64,000 nucleotides of DNA from Ascidiella aspersa (taxonomy: Eukaryota), in assembly GCA_963924565.1 (NCBI GenBank), contig OZ004612.1, positions 5,084,001-5,148,000 of the forward strand, written 5' to 3'. The position numbers and the translations under genes were made by a program. Shown one piece after another: positions 1-12,500 of this stretch; position 1 is the first letter of the stretch, and each line of letters starts with the position of its first letter. Below the pieces are notes generated by a model. That model worked only from the letters and a program-made list of their open reading frames with translations. It did no database searches and was not told the origin of the DNA.

Positions 1-470
1 CAGACCTGGTTTTAAGGCACAAAAGTGTTTACCAATTCCTTTCGCCACTAAACTATAGAGACCTATACGTAAAAATTCTATTGCTGTTTTTATCGATATC
101 AGTAGGAATTCTAGGAACCCGCATTGCTAGGCTCTGTTGTGCAAAACCACCAAACCGTTTTGTATTAAAATTATTTTACAGGCAACAGTTGCCACTTTGA
201 ATAGACTTTTGAGTTCGATTTGTGGAAAAATTAAGACCACTTTTAACAATGCGCGAATTGCAACACCATAAGGATGCATTTTAACGCTTTAAGTCTATCA
301 AAGTACATTTCCTATAAGTATGTTTCAGTCAGCAAGCAGCTGCTAAATTAAGCATTGCGCACTTTGCCCATTTATCTGGAAAACTTCTTGGTTTTGCAAG
401 TTTAGGTTCGTGAAAGGCCTGCAGGTTTTAGTTTTGTGTTGCTGTGGATTTGTACACTTTATTTTTACAA

Positions 471-3400
471 ATGTCTGTCAAGCAAAACCAGCAAAATGAG
501 ACCAAAGCAAAGCAGCGACCCAAATGGAGGAGATCAGTCGATTTCTTGTTCACCGTAGCTGGCATGTCGGTGGGCTTGGGAAATGTTTGGCGTTTTCCCT
601 ACCTTTGTTTCAAGAATGGGGGAGGTAACTGTAGACCACTGCTATATAAACATGTTCGTACTGTTGGTATTTTATATAACCATAAGGGCCATGGCCTTAC
701 AGGTATATATTTGTAGGCGTTTTTATGTGACCCGAAAAACAAGTTTTCTCTTTTTTGTTATTAAACCGCCCGAAAGTGATTAAGTTCTCTGGGACTGCAA
801 AGTACTATTCAGTGATATCAAGTTTCTTGTTCTATTTTGATAAAAGGTGCATCCTACTGTAGGCTTCTGAGATTTTTGGGCACTTTGGAGTTTTTTCTAA
901 AGTCGTAAAGACATCTTTTTAAATCTTTCGTGTTGGATCTAAAAAAATGTGTTACGCTGCTTACACTGTAAAACAATTCAGTACAACTGTTTTTAAAGGT
1001 TAAGTATGAAAAATGAACCTAAACAAATCTTTAAAAATTAACTCGCAACACACAACTTTCATTCGGAACTATAAGAGTTATATATCTACACCTCTTACAC
1101 GGTCAAGCAAATTCGCTCAATCATTTTCCGCAGGTGCTTTTCTTGTGCCTTACTTCTTCTTCGCCGCAACTTTGGCGATTCCGAGCATGATTCTGGAAAC
1201 TTCGTTGGGACAAAAGTTCCGACAGGGACTCACAAAAAGCTGGGGTATCGTGCCCATATTTAAAGGTAGGTCCGAAAAAATAAAAAAAATTCAATAACAG
1301 ATATTCACTTTTATTGTTGTGCCTAACCAAGGGTTCTGTCAGTAGTTATCCCCTTGCTTATTGTCCTTCCTATTTAAATTTTAAATAATTTTTAATTCAC
1401 ATTAAGAATTATAAGGGAATTTTTAGTTTGTTTTATTCTTAACTGAATTACACGATATAATGAATTACTTTTTGAAAACGTTTTTTTAATTGATTAGGTC
1501 CATCTTACGCGTCACAGAACTAAACAGCTGTACCGTTCTTTCGGAACTGTACCGTAAGAATAAAAAACATACACATAAATATTTATGTAAACTTTTGCTA
1601 CCAGGCATAGTATGAATCGAAAAACTAATATCTAATATAGTCGTAATAACGTTACGCGTATACCTAATAGTCTATTACATAATTGTCGTAATAACGTCTA
1701 AATCGGAATAAGACCCAAACCTGTCGGAATAAGACCTAAATTGTTTATATCTTATTCAGAGGATTTAGACCTTTTCTTCCGTCGAGTTTACTGCACAGTT
1801 TGCTTTATTGTGTCGTTGGCCTTATAGTTTTATAGATTAGTCTGCTTTAGATACCGATTGGGAGTGGTGTAACTACTTAAGTCAATGACTTGTCTTAAGT
1901 GCATTTAAGTCACTGTTTTTAAATGGCATGACATTATTTAAGTCGTTTAGGTAAAATGACTGGACTTGACTTCAGTCTTTTAGACAAATGACTTGACTTG
2001 GACTTAAGTCAATTAATCAAATTACTTGGGTTGAATTAAGGGTTTTTATTTACCATTTTTTATGCTATTTTTTAGTTGAATTATTGTATTCGGACGAGTA
2101 TACCTATTTTAATTGTTTATTTTATTAGTAGTTTGACTTGGAGATGACTGTAATAATGACTTGACTGGAAATTGACTTGGGCAACTGATGACTTGGACTG
2201 GGACTTGTTTGTTTGTTTTTCAAAAAAACTTGACTTGGCCTTTTTTTAAATGACTTTACTGGCACTTACAATACTGTTTTTTTACCGATTGACAGGCATA
2301 GCGTTCGCGGAAACGATGATCATGTTCCACGGCGTTATCAGCTATCCCATTATCCTCGCTTGGAGCTTTAAGTATTTGGTGAAGAGCTGTCAGTCTGTGC
2401 TTCCCTGGTCCACCTGCGACAACCCCTGGAACACCGCACGTTGCGTCACTTCCAGGTCTCTTGGCAACGCCTCTGTCACCAATATGACGTCATCCAATGG
2501 AACTGTTTCGTCGGCCACGGAATACTGGAAGTAAGTGATTTTGAGGAAAGCTATTGAAAGTTTTAACTTATATGCAATAATTGTGGTAACCATGACCTGA
2601 AATCAGTCTTTAGAATTATTTTGCAAAGTAAACGAAAATAAATAAACTTGCTAAATAGTCACAAATATTTGAAATTAATTAGTTTTAAAAGTTCTATTTT
2701 TTTCACATTTTAAACATGTTGTTACACCATCTACGTTTTTTGTTTCATAGTTACACCATCCTCAAAATTGTGTACAAAACTCCTTGATACACCAATATGG
2801 CGTCTTAACTTAGGTAGCCCCGAATCCGACGTTAAAGATTACGAATTCAATGGATAAAATACTGGGTCGCTTCTGCCTATATAGTTGATCGCAAAATAAG
2901 ACCCCACAACTATCGCTTTTTCTCGTTTCTTAGTCACGAAGTACTCAGTGTGACGTCAGGCATTGACGAGCCGGGAAACTTGAAATGGGACCTTGCGCTT
3001 TATCTCGCCATCTTGTGGTTGGGATTTTACCTCAGCACTTTTAAGGGAATCGGGTGGACTGCTAAGGTAAGCACTAACACATTATTAAGGGTTATATCGC
3101 GTTATTGAGGGTTGTTTCCTTTCGACAATCCCATTCACCGCTAAGGTAAGCACTGGGGTTATTCAATAACATCGTACAGGAGTCGTTACCAAAAGCAACA
3201 GTCGTAATATCAATTAATACTTTTTGTCCGAGAAATCGATTTTATATTTTCATCATAAAATACGGTGTCATTGTAATAATAAATAAAACATTTACTTCCG
3301 TTTTCCGAAAAGAGTAGGATTATATGTCTTATTGTTTGTTTTTAAACCACCAATTATTTTAGATTGTTTACGTCACAGCAACGGCGCCATTTGTTCTGAT

Positions 3401-6400
3401 CGGCGTCATAATGGTTCGAGGTTTAACACTAGAGGGCGCCGCAGATGGCTTAAGATATTACCTCATTCCTGACGTCACTAAACTCATTAACCCTGATGTA
3501 AGTTGACGTCATAATGACGTAGGCTTATAAACTTTTTTTGAGGCAGAACTGTTGCTGCTTCCAAATCAGTGGCAAATCGACACGATTTCTTAGTAAGTAG
3601 TCAATCAAATAATTTTGTTTATTAGAAACGAAACAAGGTTTTTACTTAAAACTTTTATTTTTTCAGACAACATTTAAAACTCAGACTGTCAGTTATTCCA
3701 AAAACTTTTACGCAACTAAAATAAGGAGGTTATTAAGCAATACACTCAAAGGGGTGTCATATAATTCATCCATCCACAATACGTGATTGGCAACTATTGA
3801 ACCATTTGATGTTACCTTTTAACAATTTACAGTTTGCTGCCTAATCAGTTTCGAAAATTGGTAATGCGAACGTGTACGTCGGACTCGGGACTTGGGACTC
3901 GGGTAGATTTACATAGTCTTACTTGAGGCCCAAGTCCCAGGTCCGACTCCAGCAAAACAAACCGACTCCCGAGTCCGACCACAGTCCTGCTTTAAAGTAA
4001 AAAGAAAAGCTTTGGCAGTTCTAAAACAGTGACTTCCTGACAGGTTTGGGTAGCGGCCGCCACCCAAGTACTTTACTCATACGTTGCTGCCAACGGGATT
4101 TTTGCTACAATGGCGAGTTATAACCACTACCACCACGACATTTGGCGGTAAGTGAAGTCCAAGCGTTTAATTTAACCACTGGAAGGTAAAAGGAGAATTT
4201 TGTTTTGCAGAGATTCCGTGATCATTGCCCTGATTAACAGCTGTGCCAGCTTCCTTAGTGGATTTGCGGTCTTCTCAACTCTTGGGTACATGGCACACTA
4301 CCAGGTTTGTAGTGGGATACACAGACTTTTAAGTGGTGTTTTTTTAAATCTGTTAGTGGGGTATTAGTAGGCTACAAGGTATAAAAGTGTAAATGGCAAA
4401 AAGTGCTATCATCGTAACAGATTGATATAGATAAATATGTTTATTGTTTAGGAAAAGGATTCCAAGGGAGCAGCGAAAGACCGTTAGGTTATAGGTCTTT
4501 TTGCGACATATTTTTTTAAACAAAAGATTAGTTCCTAAGGTAAAATTTAATTTGCAGCGATTGGGTTTATAACATTATATTCTCAGAAAGATACTAGGCA
4601 ATATAAAAACAAACTTTTGTTCACTTATAATAAAATTATTATTTGGCTGTCGTTAAAGAGTAGGCCTACCCCATTGAAGTAATAAAAGTATGACAGCCGT
4701 AAGGTCACTGACCTGTTAATAACATAACAATAGGCCGAGGCTTCAAAAATAGTTCACTAAGACCAGGTTATAAATTACTAACCAGATACTAGCAAGCAGT
4801 GTTGTAAACAAGTCATTTGTAAAATAACTTTAAATTCAAAGTATTTTCGAATAAATAACAAGTCAAGCCCCATTTCAATCAATCAGTTGCGCAAGTCAAG
4901 TCCCAGTCAAGTCAACTTTAAGTCACGTCCTTGTCGTAAAAATAAAAATCATTGACTGAAGTCATTACAACAGTGCTATCAATGGCAAATAACCTGATAT
5001 TTTGGTCGTCTTCAGAACACCACAGTTGACATGGTGGCTTCATCAGGGCCAGGTCTAGCTTTCATCGCCTACCCAGAGACCCTCTCCTTACTCCCCCTTC
5101 CTCAACTTTGGAGCGCCATGTTCTTCGTCACTTTGCTTCTTCTCGGATTCGATTCGCAGGTGAATATTTGACCTTGAAAGTCGCGGTTTAACCTTGTCGT
5201 GTGTTTGCCGTTACGAGCGTATAATTGATGGAGAGTCAAGCCAATGTATTTTTATTAAACTTCTTTATACACATATTGTTTCTTTTTTTTACTATACTGT
5301 ACAGTTTTTGTACCATTTGCTAGTCCAGTTGCACTTTGCAACAGATATTCTTGCAGTTATTGTTAGTAATACTGTGGCTTTTAAAAACTTGTAGGCCTAT
5401 AAAGCATTTTCCGCAAGCTTCACTTCACTTTTGTTTGTCAAATGACTTGACTTGACAATAATATTTTGGTAAAATTTTGCCTCAAAATATTTTCTTGTAA
5501 AACAGTTTTCTCGCTGTATGATTTGGTTTGACAGTTACTGGACGATGTTTTTTGGCAAATGACTTGAATGGGGCCTAATCATTTGTCAAAATCATTTCAA
5601 AGGCTTGTTTACAACACTACCTTTTACTGTTTAAAATTATCAATTTGGTTGCGTAAACTTGTTTTTTGTTGCAGTTTGTGAACATTGAGAGTTTCACCGC
5701 TTTTATCTTTGACAACATTCCGCGGCTAAAACAACACAAGAAAGTTGTCCTAGCAATAACCTGCCTCTGTTTTATGGTGATATCTCTCTCTATGGTAACC
5801 GAGGTGAGAACATAGAATATAATTGTCGAACAAACCATACACCAACACTATTTTACATTAAAGGTGGCGTAAATGTGTGTTTCAAGAAATAAAAAAAACA
5901 CATAAAAAGACACCTTTGTGCGCCAGAAAGGCATGTCGAAAAACTTCAAGATTGCAAAGGCTAAAAAGCAACACCACCCTAGCCCTTGTGGGACATAAAA
6001 ACATTTAAAAATTCAATTTAACAGAAAGAAAAACAATTGAAAAATGCATAAGGGGTTATTTGAAACGTTCAAAATGATAGCTACCTCTGAATGGGCTTTG
6101 ATATTCTTATTACGACTTACTACAAACACCAACCATAATGCTTCAAAGAACAATTAGTTTTGATCAATTCTGTACAACTTTAACACTAATGTAGGCTACT
6201 TTTTTTACAGGGCGGCGTGTATGTGTTCGAGATCTACAACAACTACGGGGTTGCTGGTTGGTGCATGTTCTTCATCATTCTCTGCCAGCACGTCGCCATA
6301 TCCTGGTGCTACGGATTTGAAAGGTGGTGGGCAGACCTGAGCGATATGATCGGAGAAAAGTGGGGCAAAATGTGGCTCAAGATCTGCTCCGTGTACCTTG

Positions 6401-8207
6401 CGCCAATCTTGTGCTTGGTAGGTTAAAGTAATTTAAACCAAGTTTACCTATGATTGCTATATTTTCAAAATCAAACATCATAGGCCTACTTGCGGAACAT
6501 TCAAATTGCCAGGTATTTAGCATTTTGTGTCCGGTGTGTGCTAATATTAGCCGCGAAAACGTCTAAATAAGTCTTTAGGCTTAATAAATTAAGCCTCAAA
6601 GTACCGGTACTTAGCCTATGCTTCTAGTCTATTAAAATACTAAATGTCGTGTTTTGGTCTTGGTTGGCTAGTGTTCGTTGGCCAAGTCTAAAATTGATTT
6701 TTGTTAGTATTTTTACTTCTGACGGTGATTTTCAACATTAAGGATGATAATATTATGCACTGGTCGGTTTAAGACTAAAACGGGACTATAGGTCCTAGGT
6801 ATAGGCTAACAATAGAGTGCTAAACCAAGATACGATCTAGACCCGTCAGAATAAGTCCTAAGCGGAAATAACACGATCCAAATAATCATTAACCTTACCC
6901 CACATCCCATCCCAAGCTTTATCACCAACTCTACTAAAATTTTAACACTAACCCAAATTCCAACCCCACGCATTATTGACGCCTAACACTAAGCTGGGAC
7001 AAACAGTCCAACAGCGCAACAGCGGTAGCTTAACGGCTGATGCTAGACCGGTGTTCTTCAACCGTCCCTAACCCTCTTCCTACAGTTAAAAGTGTTTGGT
7101 GACATTTATGACTTATCCGTATAGGTTTTTAGCTCTTATTCCGACGAGTTTAGGTCTTATACTGTGTCGTACTTAATACTGCGTATTTGTTCTTCATACT
7201 ATGACATTATAGATAGGTCTTAATATTGTGGTAATATAGATAGCTCCGCAAAAAAATATATTGTTACCTGTTTAAATATTGTTACCTGTTCCCGTAAAAA
7301 CATTTTAATCAGTAACGCGACCATTTAACAAATAAATGTTAACTTTAAGGTGATCACAGTCTACTACCTTGTTATGCACAAACCGCTCACATATCAAGGT
7401 TACGTCTATCCCGGCTGGTCGCAAGTAATTGCCAACCTAATGTCGCTTAGTTCGGTTGCCATCATACCCGGCTATGCAATCTACAGGTTGGTAAAATGCT
7501 GGAAGAAAAATGGTGACTTTAAACAGGTATGCTATTTAAATTCGTTTAAGTAAAAAGTATTTTCATATGTGCCGAAAAATACATTTCGGGACCTATCTTG
7601 TTTTTGTCGATAAAATTTTTTGGAAATTTTCACAAATGGCGAATGGTCGTGTGTAGATGCAGTTTTATGGATCTGCCCATCTAGGGGCCTTTAACTGGGG
7701 GAATAAATCATATAAGTGTGACGTCACCATACAAATATGCGTGACGTCAGCGTATAAGTTCTTGTAGCTTTAAACCCCTATCTTGTTTAATTACTTTATT
7801 AAAATAATGAGGATTCAAAAACGGACGATCTTTAAAAAATTCCCTCCTTACTCGCCATTTGCTGTAAATAAGTTAAAAGGGAAAAACGTTTCTGAATAAA
7901 GATTGATATAAAGGTAAACAAAAAAACTACGCTATTTAAAGTTTATTAAGATGAGTTCGATTGCAATTCATATCATTTAGTGTTCGGTTGGAACCACAAC
8001 TTTTCATTCTTAGGCCCCATAAACTTTTTTTTATGGACCCTAACTAGTCCGAAAACCTAATTTAGGGAACCACTGGGTTTAACGTGTTTTTCTACTTTTA
8101 AACAGCTCTTTCGGAACTATCCTAAATCGAAACAGGAGGAAGAAGTTAGAATGAAATATTCTTTGGATGACATTTCTTTGGATAAATCCGTTGTCCTTAT
8201 TGAATGA
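471..8207 (+). CDS. SLC6 (neurotransmitter:sodium symporter) family Na+/Cl- dependent transporter, GABA/taurine/creatine or amino-acid type; complete 12-exon gene, 581 aa
   Basis: GT-AG exons with consistent phases: 471-624, 1134-1265, 2296-2530, 2934-3066, 3363-3497, 4044-4147, 4211-4304, 5016-5159, 5675-5803, 6211-6417, 7350-7526, 8106-8207 (1746 nt). SLC6 motifs: [81 protein letters not shown] rather than D in TM1 argues against a monoamine transporter. AATAAA at 8321-8326. Confidence 0.93.
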
Positions 8208-8655
8208 AAACAAACGGATTGCTAAATTATACTTTGTATTTTCTTTTGAAACGGTACCTGATATTTTCGACAATACCAAATGATGTAATTACTGTGGTAA
8301 ACTGGGCACAATGTATGGAAAATAAACTTTCAAAGTATAATTTTTCTTGGATGTAAGGTCAAAGGCTCTTTATCGTTAGACGGCATATCTTCTTTTGTTT
8401 TTAATTTACTGCTTTTACATTGTTTTAAAAGTTAGAAAACCATTTATGTGGTCAAAAGCCATGGCTGAAATATTTTTGTCAGTTTGGTGTTGGATCGGCA
8501 CCGATACCACCCGAATATCGGACGAGTACCAATACTACCACTTGGCATCGGGTATCGGCTCCGATCCGATATTACCAAACATCTTTATTGAAAAGTTTGA
8601 TAAGTGACTGGAAGCATCACAACCGATTGACTACTTGCGTCAAAAGTTAATAGAA

Positions 8656-8770
8656 ACGTACGTTATTACTATCAGGACACTTAGTTTTAAAAAGTAAATT
8701 TTACTTGAACAAACCGGTTATTCTAGTTAAATTTAAGTAATTTCTGCTTAAACTCTACCTAACTTAACCT
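8656..8770 (+). repeat. ~115-bp direct repeat, second copy at 10628-10740
   Basis: acgtacgttattactatcaggacacttagttttaaaaagtaaa...cttaaactctacctaacttaac occurs at both sites, and at ~44840-44950 / ~48663-48755. Confidence 0.8.
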
Positions 8771-9584
8771 CTACCTAACTAAAATACTTTATAACTTTCA
8801 AACTGTGATGACGAAATGGACAACAAAGACTGGCATGCTTTTGCGCACAAAACGAGCAAACATGTGTACGCGGATATGTGCGACACTTTAGATAAGTTGG
8901 GTATTACAAATGGTGGGTTGGGATCTTAATTTAATAAGTATTAAAAACTCGAAGTGTTCGCTCCAATGTATTTCTCAGCGATACCTTTACTTTGCGAACA
9001 AGACAAATGTTTCATAAAATGTACAATGGCTCTAAAAAGTATACAGTGGCTCTAAAAAACAGCATTTAAAGTTAAGTGCAGATTTAAAACATAAAAAACA
9101 AATTACAATTTATTACCTGTTTTGGGGATAGGATTGACTTACATTTTAGTCCAATGATGTTAAGAGGATATGAGAATATAAAATATGTTGCATATCACAT
9201 TTCAATCGAAATTCAAGAATAAATGTTGGGAATATTTAACAAATACATTTTCACGCTGTTTTTTTTGTTCCTGTGGCAGCAAACAGAACCAGTTTACTCA
9301 CACAAATAAAAGTCACATTAGGCTACTCAAGAAATGTTATTTGTTTTCCTAAAAAACATTTTCTTACTTGATGAATTAGCGTCAAACGCAATTGACACGC
9401 ATACCATGAAGAAACTATTTTAACCTTAAAAGATATCGTTATAAATCAATTTCACACTCAATCTGGTTCGTAACACAGAAGAAAGAAATCAAAATGTTGA
9501 AAAAGGGTGAAAAAGACAGAAGAAATATTGTAAATCGTTTCAAGAGCATTACTGGAAAACACGTAAATCAAAAGAAAATGATAT

Positions 9585-12500
9585 TTAATTTTTTTTTCCA
9601 ACGTTCGCATTCTCGTAGATCGCATCTGAAAAAAAAACAGAAACAAATCGTCAGCAATTTAGTTTATTTAATCCACTTTAATGAAGTCTTACCAGTTCCA
9701 GGCATGGAACCATCGTTCACATTTTCGTACGGGTTTTCCAAATCCTAAAATAATAAGATAAAGTTAAATGATTATTGTGTCCGTAGAACTAACATCGTTA
9801 TCAAAAGCTGAATTATGACCAGCTTTATATTCTATCCAGATATTACAAAAAAAACTTTGATTATACTGTAATGTTGACAGGCTGTCGCACAACCCTGCTT
9901 CATCAGGTCTAAGTAGAAATAAAAGCGTTCTTTTTGGAGGTACTTTAAAGCTGGTTACCTTTCCATGAGTTGGTCCACTGGAAGGGTTTACATCAACGTT
10001 TGCTGCTCCAGTACCTACAAAACAAATAATTTTTCGGCGAATACATTTGTAAGGTTTTAAGCCGTCTGCATGCAAAAGATTTAGTTTAAGTTACAACAAC
10101 CTAATTTAGCATGTACTTGTATAGGGCATGTCGCCATGTGGATATATCACACCTTTTAGACCGATTTTTTAAGTTAAAATAACTCATAATGTCAAGTATG
10201 TAAGCTGGGTTGAAGCATAATAGGAAGTATTGTAAATGACTTGACTAAAGTGCACAAATGACTTAGAGTTAAAATGAGCTGTTTTCATGAAGAATTTTTT
10301 TTATAAAATTGGGTTATGTCTTAATTATTGCATATAAAACAACTAGCTTGCTGTATGTTGCGCTTTTGTTGTATTTTAATTGAGTTATTTCTCATACTCT
10401 TTTAGCAAGTTTAGCGATTTAATAGATTAACGTTTTATGTTTATGACAAGGAGATGACTTGCTTCAAATATGACTTGACTCGGACTTGAGTTTGACTTGT
10501 CATTTACACAAACATAGTTTATTTAAACTTAATTTAGTTATTTTACAAATGACTTGACTGGGATTTAGGTCATTTTCAGTCATTTCACAATACTGCTATA
10601 GGTTATCTGTTTATCAACTAAATTGTAACGTACGTTATTACTATCAGGACACTTAGTTTTAAAAAGTAAAACTTACTTAAACAAAGCGGTTATTCGAATT
10701 AAATTTGAGTAATTTCGGCTTAAACTCTACCTAACTTAACATTTACTGCCACAACCATTAGAAGCTTTCGTCATTTAAATTTTAAAGTCCTTGTAAAATT
10801 GTGGCTTACTTTGTGAAGTGTAGGCAACAGTAGCAGGTTGTTTCGTTGTTATTTTCCTTCTGTAAGTAAAATAGAAAAATAATGACATTTCTTTGAATCT
10901 AGAGCCATTTGATGAGCCAACCCGCGCCCCCGTACCTGTCACGTGTTTTAGCGTTCCCTCTCAAATTCGCCCAGTTATAAGTAATTGTCAAAGTTTTTTT
11001 TTGTAAATATTAGACGTGCTATACAAGTAAAATAACATTTTAAGTGCCAATTTTGTGGAATAAAATTCTTTTTACAGTGAATCTAAAAAAATGAGCTATA
11101 CAAATAAAAAGTTGTGGGACTATTGTGTGGAATCGGCAAAGTGTCTGCAAATAAAATTTGATGAATGACGCTGTAACTTTAACTCTCTAGTCCATATGTG
11201 ATGCTTTACAGTCGGCAGCCGTATAAAATTTCTGTAATAATTTTCCCATTCATGTTAATAATTTCCCATTTATGTTAACTACCTTTTGAACACGACGGCG
11301 ACAACGATTAAAATGATCAGTAGAAGAAACAGCAGGCCGCCAACCACACCGCCAAATATAGCTGACGACACACCTGAAAGTAAAAACGTAAAACACGTGG
11401 AAATTGCAAGTAAAACTCTGTGTAAGTGACTAAACATAGCCTAAAACTTGGCTAGAAGGACGTAAGTAAAAAAAATGGTTTTAGCCAAAATTATTAGACA
11501 TCGGAATGCAATACGAAGTATAGGACATTCCACGCCGCAAGTATACCAAAAACAACAGAATTATCTAAAGATTACATACGGCAGCTGTCATAAATTTAGC
11601 GTCCCATGTCATAATATTTATTTGCCAACCGCTTGAAAATTTCAACGGAAAGCTTTCTTTAGATAACAGCCTACAGGTTGAATTTAAGCGAAAACAACGC
11701 ACGTGTTGACAAAAAAATAATTAATAGGAAATGCACTATAAGAGTTGCATACGTATGACAGCATTACAAACCAACAAAACAGCAGGTGTCATGCCTTACC
11801 GCCTGCGCCGGGTAATTCTGTTGTTGTCGTGGTCGATCGTGGAGTAATGCAGTGACCTTTAACAGGGGTTGGTTCACTTGCGCCTTCGCAAGTCTCCGCT
11901 TGGATCTAAACATTCAGTTGAACTTGTTGACAGAAGTACATAAATTCGTCCATTTTTATGTACTGCAATTATTAAATTCGAAGTGATCAGTATTGGAACA
12001 CATGGATCAAACGACGTTTTGTTAAGTAGTTCCCTACTATTTTCAACCAATATATTTGTGCTTGCTGTTCGTTAGATTATAACTTCGGGAACTCGTAAAC
12101 AAACCAAGTGGATTATATTTAACATAGCTGTGGATTTAATTACTACAGTAAATGTGTTTGGCAGACGTGGTCCGCATCCGGACCTTTGTAGTATAGAAAC
12201 GCATAAAGCATTTCCAATTTTTGAAATATGATAATAAAGTAAAAAAGCAAATTTTTAAGGTTTTTGGTACGATAACGAGAAACGTAAAGGGAAATCCCAT
12301 AAACCGACTTTAAGAAGAAAAAATTACTCGTATTTCAAGACATGTACGTTAACTAAAAGGTTGCAAGGCATGTAATTTGAATAGTCTAATGTGGTAAACC
12401 AAGGTTATCTGACAAAGTGTTTACCTTTGTTTCATGACGATTGCTAAAACTAGTTTAGAGTCCCTGGTTTAGACGTTTCACAGCAAATAAGAAAAATTAA

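Noticed and set aside
7527-7553. SLC6 stop at 7553 as given by the ORF track
   Set aside because: Intron read-through. A CAG|GTATGC donor at 7526 and a good terminal exon at 8106-8207, conserved in copy 2, fit better.
8807-8930. Short coding-looking stretch DDEMDNKDWHAFAHK...
   Set aside because: No splice acceptor, no recognisable homology, and absent from copy 2.
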